Assembly: GCA_965261735.1 (NCBI GenBank)
Contig: OZ253470.1
Location: 768,001 to 832,000, forward strand
Reading direction: 5' to 3'
DNA length: 64,000 nt
From: Alphaproteobacteria bacterium
GTDB taxonomy: Bacteria > Pseudomonadota > Alphaproteobacteria > SHVV01
The first letter of the stretch is position 1. Each line of letters begins with the position of its first letter. Positions 1-9,781 of this stretch are shown piece by piece. The position numbers and the translations under genes are program-made. A model generated the notes under the pieces. It saw nothing but the letters and a program-made list of their open reading frames with translations, searched no databases and had not been told where the DNA came from.

Positions 1-438
1 CGTCAGCCAGATCACCGACAGAACCTCGGCGAGCGTCGCCTGGCCGCGCACAGGGCGCGCATCGATCTTGACGACGCGCCGCTCCGACGCGCCCGCCCCC
101 GCAAGTCCCGTCGCGACCTCGACCGCGCCCGCCGCGTTCGCCAACGTTGCCGCTACCGACCAGCCGCCCGCGGCGCCATGGCGGGTGGCCTCGGGCAGCC
201 GCGCGCTCCGCAAGCCCCGCCCCGGCGCGAGAAACGAGAGGGCCTCGAGGAGGTTCGTCTTACCGGCACCGTTGGGGCCCGTGAGTACGGCGCACCGCGC
301 ATCGGCCGCGAGCCGCAGGTCGGGGAAGGTCCGAAAGTCCGTCAGCGTCAGACGTGTGACCGCACCGGGGAAGGCGGGCTGCGGGGCTGGATGTCGCGGA
401 TTGCCGGCGTCGGGCGCGGCGTAAAGCGGATGGCTCAA
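1..438 (-). CDS. recF: DNA replication/repair protein RecF (5' part; runs off window)
   Basis: Manual translation: ...LTLTDFRTF...VLTGPNGAGKTNLLEALSFLAPGRGLR...SVIWLT (Walker A, RecF N-terminus); directly downstream of dnaN; TTG start at 438 uncertain. Confidence 0.9.
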   Translation of the reverse strand, partial: MSHPLYAAPDAGNPRHPAPQPAFPGAVTRLTLTDFRTFPDLRLAADARCAVLTGPNGAGKTNLLEALSFLAPGRGLRSARLPEATRHGAAGGWSVAATLANAAGAVEVATGLAGAGASERRVVKIDARPVRGQATLAEVLSVIWLT

Positions 439-445
439 TCGCGCC

Positions 446-1573
446 TCACACGCGCATCGGCATGAGCACGAACAGCGCCGCCGAATCGCCCTGGTCCTCG
501 ACGATCGTCGGCGAGACGGAATCGGCAAGCGAGAAGCGGGCGGTATCACCCTCCATCTGGGCCGTCATATCGAGCAGATAGCGGGAGTTGAAGCCGATTT
601 CGAGCGGCTCGGCACCGTATTTCGCCGCCAGCTCCTCGGTCGCGCTGCCGCTGTCGGGACTGGTCGCCGAAAGCGTCAAGCGGTCGGATTCGACCTTGAG
701 CTTCACGGCCCGCGACTTCTCGGTCGAGATGGTCGAGACCCGATCGACCGCGTCGGCGAAGGTCTCGCGGTCGACCTCCAGCATCTTGTCGTTGCCGACC
801 GGGATAACGCGCTCATACTCGGGGAAGGTGCCGTCGATCAGCTTGGTGGTCAGCACCGTGTCCTCGATCGTGAAGCGAATCTTGGTCGCCGAGAGCGCGA
901 TATCGATCGCCGCATCGCTGTGCTCGATGAGCTTCCTGACCTCGGCCACGGCCTTGCGCGGCACGATGATTCCCTGGGCCTCCTGCATGCCGGTCGCACC
1001 CTCGGGTAGCGGTGTGTCGACCCGGGCCAGCCGATGGCCGTCGGTGGCGACGGCGCGGAGCAGCGCGACACCGTTGTCCGAGCGCGCCTGAAGGTAGATT
1101 CCGTTGAGGTAGTAGCGCGCTTCCTCCGTGGAGACCGCGAAGCGGGTCTTGTCGATGAGCCGCCGGAGCTCGGCGGCGCCGAGCGAGAAGCGGATCGGCA
1201 GCTCATCCTCGGCGAAGACGGGAAAGTCCTCGCGCGGTAGGCACGGGAGAACGAACTCCGAGCGGCCCGCGCGCACCAGGAGCCGGCTCTCGTCGTCGCC
1301 GCGCGTGAGCACAACCTGGGCGCCGTCGGGCAGCTTGCGCACGATGTCGTACAGCGTGTGCGCCGGCGTTGTCGTCGCGCCCGGTTGGCCTATCTCCGCC
1401 GCGACCGCGGCAACCACCGCGAGGTCGAGGTCCGTCGCGAGCAGACTGACCGTGCCATCCTCGGCGGCGAGCAGGACGTGCGCCAGAATGGGAATGGTGT
1501 TGCGGCGCTCGACCACGCTTTGCACGTGCCCGAGCGAGGTCAGGAGAGTGGCGCGTTCAACGGTAATCTTCAT
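446..1573 (-). CDS. dnaN: DNA polymerase III beta clamp
   Basis: 375 aa; VVERRNTIPIL, ATDGHRLA, IDGTFPEYERVIP, C-terminal VLMPMRV. Confidence 0.99.
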   Translation of the reverse strand: MKITVERATLLTSLGHVQSVVERRNTIPILAHVLLAAEDGTVSLLATDLDLAVVAAVAAEIGQPGATTTPAHTLYDIVRKLPDGAQVVLTRGDDESRLLVRAGRSEFVLPCLPREDFPVFAEDELPIRFSLGAAELRRLIDKTRFAVSTEEARYYLNGIYLQARSDNGVALLRAVATDGHRLARVDTPLPEGATGMQEAQGIIVPRKAVAEVRKLIEHSDAAIDIALSATKIRFTIEDTVLTTKLIDGTFPEYERVIPVGNDKMLEVDRETFADAVDRVSTISTEKSRAVKLKVESDRLTLSATSPDSGSATEELAAKYGAEPLEIGFNSRYLLDMTAQMEGDTARFSLADSVSPTIVEDQGDSAALFVLMPMRV

Positions 1574-1813
1574 TTTGCAGCAAACACTTCGATGGGGCCG
1601 ACGGGCGGCCGTGGGCCCGCCTTTTTAGGCCCCTGAGGGGCCTATTTCCGACCGCTCCTACGGACCATGCGGACCGCTCACCGAGTATATCAGAGGACCC
1701 CAAAAAAAACACCGCGATAAGGGGCTTGTGGCGCCCGCGCAGCGCCCTCCGGGACGTTGGAGATAACGGGCCGCGACCGGCCCGGCGCGGGCGGCGCAGG
1801 GTAACGCGGTGGC

Positions 1814-3226
1814 TCAGTATTCGAGCATCCGGCGCAGCAGGTCGAGGTCCTCGGCGATCGCTCCCTCGCTCACGCGCAGCTCCTCAACCCGCCTCACCGC
1901 GTGCATCACGGTGGTATGGTCACGGCCGCCGAACTTGCGGCCGATTTCGGGCAGCGAGCGCGTCGTCAGCTGCTTGGCGAGATACATGGCGATCTGACGC
2001 GGGCGCGCCACGGCCCTCGCCCGGCGCGGGCTGTGCATGTCGGCGAACCGGATATTGTAGTGCTCGGCGACGCGCTTCTGAATGTCCTCGATAGTGATGC
2101 GGCGGTCGTTGGCACGCAGCAGGTCTTTCAGCACCTCCTGCGTCGTCTCCACCGTCGGCGCCCGGCCGACCAGGTCCGCATACGCCAGCACCCGGTTGAG
2201 CGCGCCCTCGAGCTCGCGCACGTTCGAGGTGATGCGGTGAGCGAGGAACTCGAGCACCCGCAGCGGCACCTCCTTGGCGCCCGCCTGCTCGGCCTTCGAC
2301 TGCAGGATGCCAACCCGGAGCTCGTAGTCGGTCGCGTGCAGGTCGGCGACCAGGCCCCAGCCGAGCCGGGAGCGCATCCGCTCCTCCAGCCCTTCGAGGT
2401 CGGACGGCGAGCGGTCGCCGGAGATGACGAGTTGGCGGCTTTGATCGACGAGCGCGTTGAAGGTGTGGAAGAACTCCTCCTGCGTCGATTCCTTGCCGCC
2501 GATGAACTGGACGTCGTCGATCATCAGCACGTCGACCGAGCGACATTGCTGCTTGAAGTCCATGACGTCCTTGTAGCGCAGCGCCCGAATGAACTGGTAC
2601 ATGAACTTCTCGGCCGACAGGTACACGACTTTGCGGCCGGGATCGCGCTCGCGGATGTGCCAGGCGATGGCGTGCATCAGGTGCGTCTTGCCGAGACCGA
2701 CGCCGCCATAGAGGAACAGCGGGTTGAAGGGCACCGTCGGCGAGTCGGCGACGCGCCTCGCGGCGGCGTAGGCGAGCTCGTTGGGCCGGCCGGTAACGAA
2801 GTTGGCGAAGGTGAATCGTCGGTCGAGCGGCGCGCCGATGTCGGGCCGGTGGGCGACGGCCTCGTTCGCGGTCGCCGGTACGATCGCGCGAGCTTCGGCG
2901 GCGGTCGATTCGGGACAGTCCAGGCGCGCTCCGGCGCCGACCCCATTGCCGCCAGTCCTCTGCTTCACGCTGATGTCGAACGTGGAGAGATTCCGGTTTT
3001 CGGCACGCCACAGGTCGCCGATACGCGCCGCATGGTGGGAGACGACCCAGTCCCTGAGGAAGCGGCTCGGCGCGACCAACCTAACCTGATCGCCGTCGAC
3101 GCCCTCGAGGGCGAGCGGCTTCAACCAGCTGTTGAAGGTCGCGTCGCCGAGCTCCACGCGCAGTCGTGCACGAACATTGTCCCACTGCTCGCGAACCTCC
3201 GCGCTGATCTCCCTCTCGTCGGCCAT
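1814..3226 (-). CDS. dnaA: Chromosomal replication initiator DnaA
   Basis: NPLFLYGGVGLGKTHL Walker A, IDDVQF, domain IV RSLPEIGRKFGGRDHTTVMHA. Confidence 0.99.
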   Translation of the reverse strand: MADEREISAEVREQWDNVRARLRVELGDATFNSWLKPLALEGVDGDQVRLVAPSRFLRDWVVSHHAARIGDLWRAENRNLSTFDISVKQRTGGNGVGAGARLDCPESTAAEARAIVPATANEAVAHRPDIGAPLDRRFTFANFVTGRPNELAYAAARRVADSPTVPFNPLFLYGGVGLGKTHLMHAIAWHIRERDPGRKVVYLSAEKFMYQFIRALRYKDVMDFKQQCRSVDVLMIDDVQFIGGKESTQEEFFHTFNALVDQSRQLVISGDRSPSDLEGLEERMRSRLGWGLVADLHATDYELRVGILQSKAEQAGAKEVPLRVLEFLAHRITSNVRELEGALNRVLAYADLVGRAPTVETTQEVLKDLLRANDRRITIEDIQKRVAEHYNIRFADMHSPRRARAVARPRQIAMYLAKQLTTRSLPEIGRKFGGRDHTTVMHAVRRVEELRVSEGAIAEDLDLLRRMLEY

Positions 3227-3808
3227 GGGCCACCCCCCGATCGAGCCGGACTGACGACCATCGAATCTCGTCGCGCTTGCGCGGGCGCCGCTCGGCCGCG
3301 GCCGAGCGTCGCGATGCGATGGCTCTACGCCTTCACAGGAAGCGAAAAACGCGCTGACCGGTCGACGTTAGGGACTGATCGACACGCCATGATGCGCCCC
3401 CCCTTGAGTACCAGAATGCAGCGTCTTTTATTCAGAGATCGACGTGGTTTACTCGAAAAACAATGCCTCCCGCGACGATCCTAAAGAAATAAAGAAGGTA
3501 AAGTAAAACGAACGTACTCCACGCGCCTGCCGAAACGGCAGCCCAAACCCGATTCATAAGTATTTCTCGTGTGATCAACTTTGCGGAGGGCGGATCGAGC
3601 ACCCATCCAAGCGCTAGGGTAATGCGCGCCGGCGCGGCTGACAACGGGATCGAAAAGAGAACGTCGAAAAAATTCCGCCGCCTTTGCGACTCACCGAGTC
3701 AGGCCATACAACATCTGCTACCCGCGGCCGGCGACCCTCTATCGCCGCGCTACGGGCAAGAAAAAACGCCCCTCGCGAGGGGCGCTCCGGCGGTGCCGGG
3801 AGACGGGT

Positions 3809-4075
3809 TCACGTGGCCATCGCCTTGATACGGGCCGATAGGCGGGAGAGCTTGCGGGCGGCCGTGTTCTTGGGCACGACGCCCTTCCTGGCGCCGCGCA
3901 GCAGCTCCGGCTGCATCGCCCGGAAGGCCGCCGCCGCGGCTTCCTTCTCGCCACCGCCAATCGCGACCTCGACCCTCTTGATGAAGGTGCGAATGCGGCC
4001 CAGTCGGGCGCGATTGATAGCGGTACGCCGTCCCGTCCGACGCAGGCGCTTGAGCGCCGACTTGTGCTGGGGCAT
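3809..4075 (-). CDS. rpsT: 30S ribosomal protein S20
   Basis: [10 protein letters not shown]...[11 protein letters not shown]; ATG at 4075 rather than 4120; upstream of dnaA as usual in Alphaproteobacteria. Confidence 0.96.
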   Translation of the reverse strand: MPQHKSALKRLRRTGRRTAINRARLGRIRTFIKRVEVAIGGGEKEAAAAAFRAMQPELLRGARKGVVPKNTAARKLSRLSARIKAMAT

Positions 4076-4158
4076 GCTCTCTCCTTGCTCTCCAGCCGGC
4101 CATATATCGTTGGCGGCCACCCGCAGTCAACTCTCGAGTGCCGATACGCGCGCGCGGC

Positions 4159-4935
4159 CTACCGGTTGCGGAAACGGGGCGGCCGCTTTTCGACGAAGGC
4201 GGCCATGCCTTCGGCCTTGTCCTCGGCGCCGAACGCGGCGTGGAACAGCCGGCGCTCGAAGCGCACCCCTTCGGCGAGTGTGGTCTCGTAGGCCCGGTTG
4301 ACCGCCTCCTTGGCCATCATGACGATGGGCAAGGACAGGGACGCAATCTCGCCGGCGACCTTCATGGCCTCGTCGACCAGGTCGTCGGCCGGGACGACAC
4401 GGCTCACCAATCCGGCGCTCTCGGCCTCGGCGGCGCTCATCATCCGCCCGGTGAGGCACATCTCCATGGCTTTGGGCTTGCCGATCAGACGGGTGAGACG
4501 CTGCGTGCCGCCGGCCCCGGGGATGATGCCGAGTTTGATCTCGGGCTGGCCGAACCTCGCGGTCTCGGCCGCCAGGACGATGTCGCACATCATCGCCACC
4601 TCGCAGCCACCGCCCAGGGCGAAGCCGGCGACCGCGGCGACGACCGGCTTACGACAGCGCGCGAGCCGCTCCCACTCGGCGGTGACGAAGTCCTCCTTGT
4701 AGACGTCCATGAAGGACTTGGCCTGCATCTCCTTGATGTCGGCGCCGGCGGCGAAGGCCTTGTCGCTGCCGGTCAACACGATCGCGCCGATCGCTTCGTC
4801 GCCCTCGAAGGCATCGAGGGCCGCGCCGAGCTCGCGCATGAGTGCGGTGTTCAGCGCATTGAGCGCGTCGGGCCGGTTGAGGCGAATGAGGCCCACCCGA
4901 CCGTGCGTCTCGACGACGATGTTCTCGAAGGCCAT
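4159..4935 (-). CDS. Enoyl-CoA hydratase
   Basis: [40 protein letters not shown] crotonase motifs. Confidence 0.95.
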   Translation of the reverse strand: MAFENIVVETHGRVGLIRLNRPDALNALNTALMRELGAALDAFEGDEAIGAIVLTGSDKAFAAGADIKEMQAKSFMDVYKEDFVTAEWERLARCRKPVVAAVAGFALGGGCEVAMMCDIVLAAETARFGQPEIKLGIIPGAGGTQRLTRLIGKPKAMEMCLTGRMMSAAEAESAGLVSRVVPADDLVDEAMKVAGEIASLSLPIVMMAKEAVNRAYETTLAEGVRFERRLFHAAFGAEDKAEGMAAFVEKRPPRFRNR

Positions 4936-4965
4936 GGGTTGCTCCTATTGGTTGGCGCTAGCACG

Positions 4966-5328
4966 TTAGCGCGGCGAGATCGAGTAGCGCACCGTGAGCA
5001 AAGAGCCCTCGCTCACCAATTCGAGCGCGAGGACCTCACCCTCGCGGGTCCAGCGTAGCGGCGCGGTCTTGACCCAGCCGAGCTGAGGCAGCGTCGCGTC
5101 ATAAAAACGGGCGACCGCCGAGGCCGCCACCCGCCCCCGGGCCGCGGCCTCGACAATGCGCCCATCGGGCTTGTCGAACACCACGCTCAATCCCGGCACC
5201 TCGGCGAGCTCCGCCATCAGCGGCAGATCGACGACCCCGGCGACGAAGGCTTCCTCGGCCGCGGCGGTATCGGTGAGGGCGGCGACGGCGGCGAGCAGCG
5301 CGGCCGCGGCTAGCGGAGAGCGGGGCAT
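4966..5328 (-). CDS. Conserved hypothetical secreted protein (~120 aa)
   Basis: Signal-peptide-like N-terminus (MPRSPLAAAALLAAVAAL...AAA-EE) then DLPLM..L...VFDKPDGRIVE...FYDATLPQLGW; fills the gap between mutM and the enoyl-CoA hydratase. Confidence 0.75.
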   Translation of the reverse strand: MPRSPLAAAALLAAVAALTDTAAAEEAFVAGVVDLPLMAELAEVPGLSVVFDKPDGRIVEAAARGRVAASAVARFYDATLPQLGWVKTAPLRWTREGEVLALELVSEGSLLTVRYSISPR

Positions 5329-5350
5329 GGCGGCGCGGGCGCGCTCGACC

Positions 5351-6175
5351 TCACCGCTGCCGCCGCGGGCAGTAGAACGTCGAGCGCCCGCTCTGAACGA
5401 TGCGCGCGATACCGCCGGCGCAATCGCAGCCCGGGCATGGTGCGCCTTCGCGGTCGTACACGGCGAAGCGGTGCTGGAAGTAGCCGAGGTCGCCCGACAC
5501 GTGAACGTAGTCGCGCAGGCTCGACCCGCCGGCGGCGATGGCCTCCTCGAGCACCGCGCGAATGGCCTCGGCGAGCCGTCGGGCGCGGCCGCCGACGACC
5601 GACGCGGCTTGGCGGCGCGGCGAGATGCCGGCATGGAACAGGCTCTCGCAGGCATAGATGTTGCCGAGCCCGGCGATCAGGCGCTGGTTGAGCAGCGCGG
5701 CCTTCACCGGCGTCCGCCGGCCGCGCATCAGGGCTGCGAGCCGGGCGCCGTCGAAGCCGTCCTCGAGCGGCTCGGGGCCGAGGTCACGGAGTAGATCATG
5801 GTGTTCAAGCTCGGCCGCGCCAGCCAGCGCCATCAAGCCGAAGCGGCGCGGGTCGCGAAAGGTGAGCACCTGGCCGTCGTCGAGCGTTACGACCACATGG
5901 TCGTGCGGCCCCGGCGCCGCGGCGGCACCCAACACGAGCCGCCCCGACATGCCGAGATGGGTGATGAGGACCGCGCCGTCGTCGAGATGAACGAGAATGA
6001 ACTTGGCGCGCCGGCCGATGCCGACGACGCGGCGCCCCGCCAGCTGCTCCGCGAAGCGGGCCGGCAACGGGAGGCGCAAGTCCGGCCGGCGCGCTTGGGC
6101 GCGACGTATGGTGCGCCCGACAAGGCCCGCGCGTAGACCCCGGCACACCGTCTCGACCTCTGGCAACTCGGGCAT
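5351..6175 (-). CDS. mutM: Formamidopyrimidine-DNA glycosylase
   Basis: [24 protein letters not shown]-terminal zinc finger CPGC...RSTFYCPR. Confidence 0.98.
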   Translation of the reverse strand: MPELPEVETVCRGLRAGLVGRTIRRAQARRPDLRLPLPARFAEQLAGRRVVGIGRRAKFILVHLDDGAVLITHLGMSGRLVLGAAAAPGPHDHVVVTLDDGQVLTFRDPRRFGLMALAGAAELEHHDLLRDLGPEPLEDGFDGARLAALMRGRRTPVKAALLNQRLIAGLGNIYACESLFHAGISPRRQAASVVGGRARRLAEAIRAVLEEAIAAGGSSLRDYVHVSGDLGYFQHRFAVYDREGAPCPGCDCAGGIARIVQSGRSTFYCPRRQR

Positions 6176-6186
6176 GGCGGCGTAAC

Positions 6187-7269
6187 CTAATGGATTGATT
6201 CCAACGTTTGGAACCCTCTGTTTCGTGCGGCGATGATATGATCGGGGTCGGCTTTCCAGATGAAGGGTTTTGGGTTTGCGTCATTGTATTCGCGGACAAA
6301 TCGGTTGATGGCGGCCTGAAGGTCGACGACGGATTGGAAGACGCCGTATTTGAGCCTGCGCCGCGTTAGTTTGGCGAAGAAGCCCTCGACGGCATTGAGC
6401 CACGAGCACGAGGTTGGCGTGAAGTGGAAGGTCCAGCGTGGATGGCGGGCGAGCCAGGCGCGGACCTTGTCCTTCTTGTGCGCGGCGTAGTTGTCGAGGA
6501 TGACGTGGACGGCCTTGTCCGTCGGCACCTCGCGCTCGATGCGGTTGAGGAAGCGGATGAACTCCTGATGGCGGTGGCGCTGCATGTTCTGTGCGATGAC
6601 CGTACCGTCCAGCACGTTGAGCGCGGCGAACAGCGTCGTCGTGCCATGCCGTTTGTAATCATAGGTCATCGTACCGGCGCGGCCCTTCTTCATCGGCAAG
6701 CCGGGTTGGGTGCGGTCGAGCGCCTGGGTCTGTGATTTCTCATCAACCGACAGCACCACGGCATGGGCCGGCGGATCGACATACAAGCCGACGATATCTG
6801 TGAGCTTCTCGGCGAAGGCGGGATCATTGGAGAGCTTGAAGTGCCGCCAGCGGTGCGGGCTGAGGCCATGGGCCTTCCAGATCGCTTGGACCGTCGACGC
6901 CGCGACGCCAGCAACCTTCGCCATCGCGCGCAGCGTCCAGTGGGTCGCCTCGTGCGGCGGCGCTTGCTGGGTCAGGCGGACGATCTCGGCGACGCGCTCC
7001 GGCGGGATCGGCGCTTTGCCAGGCGGACGGGACCTGTCGCGAAGCAAGCCGTTGACACCCTCGTGCATGAACCGCTCCTGCCAGCGCCAGACACAGGTCT
7101 TGGACTTGCCGGTCTCGGCCATGATCGACGAGTTCCCGAGCCCCTCGTCGCTCTTCAGGATGATCCGCGCCCGCCAGACATGTTTCTGCGAGCTCTTCGG
7201 GTCCGCGACGATAGCTTGCAATCGCTGACGGTCGCCAGACGTGACAGTAAAATGGATGCCGGTGCGCAT
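6187..7269 (-). CDS. IS630-family transposase
   Basis: HTH N-terminus; DDE motifs [39 protein letters not shown]; start taken as MRTGIHF. Confidence 0.95.
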   Translation of the reverse strand: MRTGIHFTVTSGDRQRLQAIVADPKSSQKHVWRARIILKSDEGLGNSSIMAETGKSKTCVWRWQERFMHEGVNGLLRDRSRPPGKAPIPPERVAEIVRLTQQAPPHEATHWTLRAMAKVAGVAASTVQAIWKAHGLSPHRWRHFKLSNDPAFAEKLTDIVGLYVDPPAHAVVLSVDEKSQTQALDRTQPGLPMKKGRAGTMTYDYKRHGTTTLFAALNVLDGTVIAQNMQRHRHQEFIRFLNRIEREVPTDKAVHVILDNYAAHKKDKVRAWLARHPRWTFHFTPTSCSWLNAVEGFFAKLTRRRLKYGVFQSVVDLQAAINRFVREYNDANPKPFIWKADPDHIIAARNRGFQTLESIH

Positions 7270-7340
7270 AGCACAGACTCGCATGACACCGCACAATACG
7301 GAATCTCAAATCGGACTCTTTCGTTCCGATCAATCCACTA
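6188..7340 (-). mobile_element. IS630-family insertion sequence including TA duplication
   Basis: Ends TA-ATGGATTGAT (6188) and ATCAATCCAC-TA (7340) form imperfect inverted repeats; TA on both sides; empty site reads CCTAGC. Confidence 0.93.
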
Positions 7341-7375
7341 GCGCGGGATTCGACGCTGCGCTATGGTCGGGCGCG

Positions 7376-8143
7376 ATGGCCGCCGAGCGAGAGAGCACGT
7401 TCACCCAATTCGGCCGCCGCCGCGTCAGGACGGCGGACAAGGGGGCCCTGGTCAGGGGCGTCTTCGACGGCGTCGCCGAACGCTACGACCTGATGAACGA
7501 CTTGATGTCGCTCGGCATCCATCGCCTCTGGAAGCGGGCGATGGTCGAGTGGCTGAACCCGCGGCCCGGGACACGCGTGGTCGACGTCGCCGGGGGCACG
7601 GGCGATATCGCGTTTCGTATCCTCGAGCGCACGGCCTCGGCCGGCGCGCCGGCGCGGATCAGCGTCGTCGACGCGAACGAGGCGATGCTGCGAATCGGGC
7701 GCGATCGCGCCCTCGACCGCGGGCTCGTGCGCGGCATCGACTGGCTGTGCGGGGACGCCGAATCTCTACCGCTCGCCGACGGCGCGGCCGACGCCCTCAC
7801 CATCGCCTTCGGCATCCGCAACGTGACCCGCCTGGAAGCGGCGCTCGGCGAGGCGCGGCGCGTTCTCAAGCCGGGCGGGCGCTTCCTGTGCCTGGAGTTC
7901 TCGCGCACCGTCCTGCCCGGCCTCGGCCGCCTCTACGATGCCTGGTCGTTCGCCGTCCTGCCGGTCATGGGCGCCGCGGTGACCGGGCGCGCCGATGCCT
8001 ACGAGTATCTCGTCGAGAGCATTCGCCGCTTTCCCGACCAGCCGAAATTTGCCGGCCTCATCGCCGAGGCCGGCCTCGGCAACGTCAAGTGGCGCAACCT
8101 GTCGGGCGGCATCGTGGCGCTCCACTCGGCCTGGCGCCTGTAG
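7376..8143 (+). CDS. ubiE: Ubiquinone/menaquinone C-methyltransferase
   Basis: VFDGVAERYDLMNDLMSLGIHRLWK, DVAGGTGDIAF, YLVESIRRFP. Confidence 0.97.
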   Translation: MAAERESTFTQFGRRRVRTADKGALVRGVFDGVAERYDLMNDLMSLGIHRLWKRAMVEWLNPRPGTRVVDVAGGTGDIAFRILERTASAGAPARISVVDANEAMLRIGRDRALDRGLVRGIDWLCGDAESLPLADGAADALTIAFGIRNVTRLEAALGEARRVLKPGGRFLCLEFSRTVLPGLGRLYDAWSFAVLPVMGAAVTGRADAYEYLVESIRRFPDQPKFAGLIAEAGLGNVKWRNLSGGIVALHSAWRL

Positions 8144-8153
8144 GGCGCACGAG

Positions 8154-9695
8154 GTGCTGCGCAGCGCGCGTCATCTGTGGCGGCTCGCCGGTATCGCGCG
8201 CACGCTTGCACGCCACGATGCGTTCGCCGCGGTCGAGGGGCTCGACGTCGCGCCTCTGCTCGTCGGCATCGGCCGCGTCTTCGCCCGGCGCGCCGCCGGA
8301 GGGCGGCCCGGGCAGCGTCTCGTCGCCGCACTGCAGGAGCTCGGCCCTAGCTTCATCAAGTTCGGCCAAGCGCTGTCGACGCGCGCCGACTTGGTGGGCA
8401 CCGGCATGGCGGCCGACCTCGGCGAGCTGCGCGACCGCCTGCCGCCGTTCGCGACGGCAGAAGCCCGCGCCACCCTCGCGGCCGAGCTCGGCAAACCGGT
8501 GGAAGCCGCGTTCTCCGACTTCAGCGACATCCCGATCGCGGCGGCCTCGATCGCCCAGGTCCACCACGCAACGACGGGCGATGGCCGCGAAGTCGCGGTC
8601 AAGGTACTGAGGCCGGGGATCGAGGCGGCCTTTCAGCGCGACCTCGACCTGTTCCATTGGCTCGCCGAACTCGTCGAACGCACGCGGCCGGGCGCGCGGC
8701 GTCTACGCCCGGTCGCCGTCGTCGAGACCTTTCGGGCCGCGGTGGCGCTAGAGATGGACCTGCGGCTCGAGGCGGCGGCGGCCTCGGAGCTGGCGGAGAA
8801 CTTTGCCGGCGATGCGACCTTCCGCGTGCCCAAGGTGGACTGGGAGCGCACCGCGCGGCGGGTGCTCACGCTCGAGCGCATGGACGGCATCGCCATCGAC
8901 GAGCGCGAGCGGCTGATCGCTGCCGGGCGCGACCTCGATCGGGTGGTCCAGAATCTGTTTCGCGCCTTTCTCAACCAGGCCTTCCGCGACGGCTTCTTTC
9001 ACGCCGACCTGCACCCGGGTAACCTTTTCGTCGATGCCGAAGATGCGATCCTCGCCGTCGATTTCGGCATCATGGGCCGGCTCGATGGCGCCACCAGGCG
9101 CTACGTCGCCGAGCTGCTGCTCGCCTTCCTCACCGGCGACTACAAGCGCGCCGCCGAGGTCCACTTCGAGGCCGGCTATGTGCCCCCATCGCAGTCGCCC
9201 GAGCTGTTCGCGCAGGCCTGTCGCTCGATCGGCGAGCCGATCTTCGGCCGTGACGCCCACGAGATCTCGATAGGCCGGCTGCTGGCCCAGCTCTTCCGCA
9301 TTACCGAGACCTTCGCCATGGAGACGCAGCCCCAGCTCCTGCTGCTGCAAAAGACCCTGGTCGTCGTCGAGGGCGTGATCCGCGGCCTCGTGCCGGACGC
9401 CAACATGTGGCGCATCGCCGAGCCGCAGCTCGCCGCCCTCGTCCAGGACAGCCTCGGCCCCGAGGCGCGGCTGCGCGAGGGCCTCGAGGAGGCGGGCGGC
9501 ATCGCTCGGCGCTTTCCGCGCCTCATCGAGAAGGCCGAGCTCGCCGCCACCATGCTCGCCGGCGAGGGCCTGCGCCTGCATCCCGACAGCGCCCGCGCCA
9601 TCGCCGCCGAGCAGGACCGGCGCCGCCGTCCGACCCGTGTCCTCCTGTGGATCGCCGCCGGACTGCTGGTGGCTCTGCTGGCGACGCAGATTTAG
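8154..9695 (+). CDS. ubiB: Ubiquinone biosynthesis kinase-like protein UbiB
   Basis: LGPSFIKFGQALSTRAD, AAASIAQVH, VAVKVLRPG, GFFHADLHPGN; GTG start at 8154. Confidence 0.96.
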   Translation: MLRSARHLWRLAGIARTLARHDAFAAVEGLDVAPLLVGIGRVFARRAAGGRPGQRLVAALQELGPSFIKFGQALSTRADLVGTGMAADLGELRDRLPPFATAEARATLAAELGKPVEAAFSDFSDIPIAAASIAQVHHATTGDGREVAVKVLRPGIEAAFQRDLDLFHWLAELVERTRPGARRLRPVAVVETFRAAVALEMDLRLEAAAASELAENFAGDATFRVPKVDWERTARRVLTLERMDGIAIDERERLIAAGRDLDRVVQNLFRAFLNQAFRDGFFHADLHPGNLFVDAEDAILAVDFGIMGRLDGATRRYVAELLLAFLTGDYKRAAEVHFEAGYVPPSQSPELFAQACRSIGEPIFGRDAHEISIGRLLAQLFRITETFAMETQPQLLLLQKTLVVVEGVIRGLVPDANMWRIAEPQLAALVQDSLGPEARLREGLEEAGGIARRFPRLIEKAELAATMLAGEGLRLHPDSARAIAAEQDRRRRPTRVLLWIAAGLLVALLATQI

Positions 9696-9781
9696 CTCAG
9701 AGCACGAACCGCGCGGCCTTCCTTTCGCCCCATTTACACGTCAGGGTTTAGAGTGGACTGGTCTGCAGGCGAGGAACCGGC

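Noticed and set aside
1574-1813. Possible oriC between dnaA and dnaN (palindrome TAGGCCCC-TGA-GGGGCCTA at 1626-1644, A8 run)
   Set aside because: No consensus TTATCCACA DnaA boxes or unwinding element seen; alphaproteobacterial oriC is often away from dnaA. More likely a dnaN promoter or leader.
1901-3484. 527-aa ORF antisense to dnaA, and similar long shadow ORFs (50314-51900, 53790-55649, 52019-53680)
   Set aside because: They overlap well-supported genes on the opposite strand or in another frame and have no recognisable motifs.
3420-3600. AT-rich patch as oriC or a small ORF (3432-3644)
   Set aside because: No DnaA-box cluster found by eye and the ORF has no recognisable features; treated as dnaA regulatory DNA.
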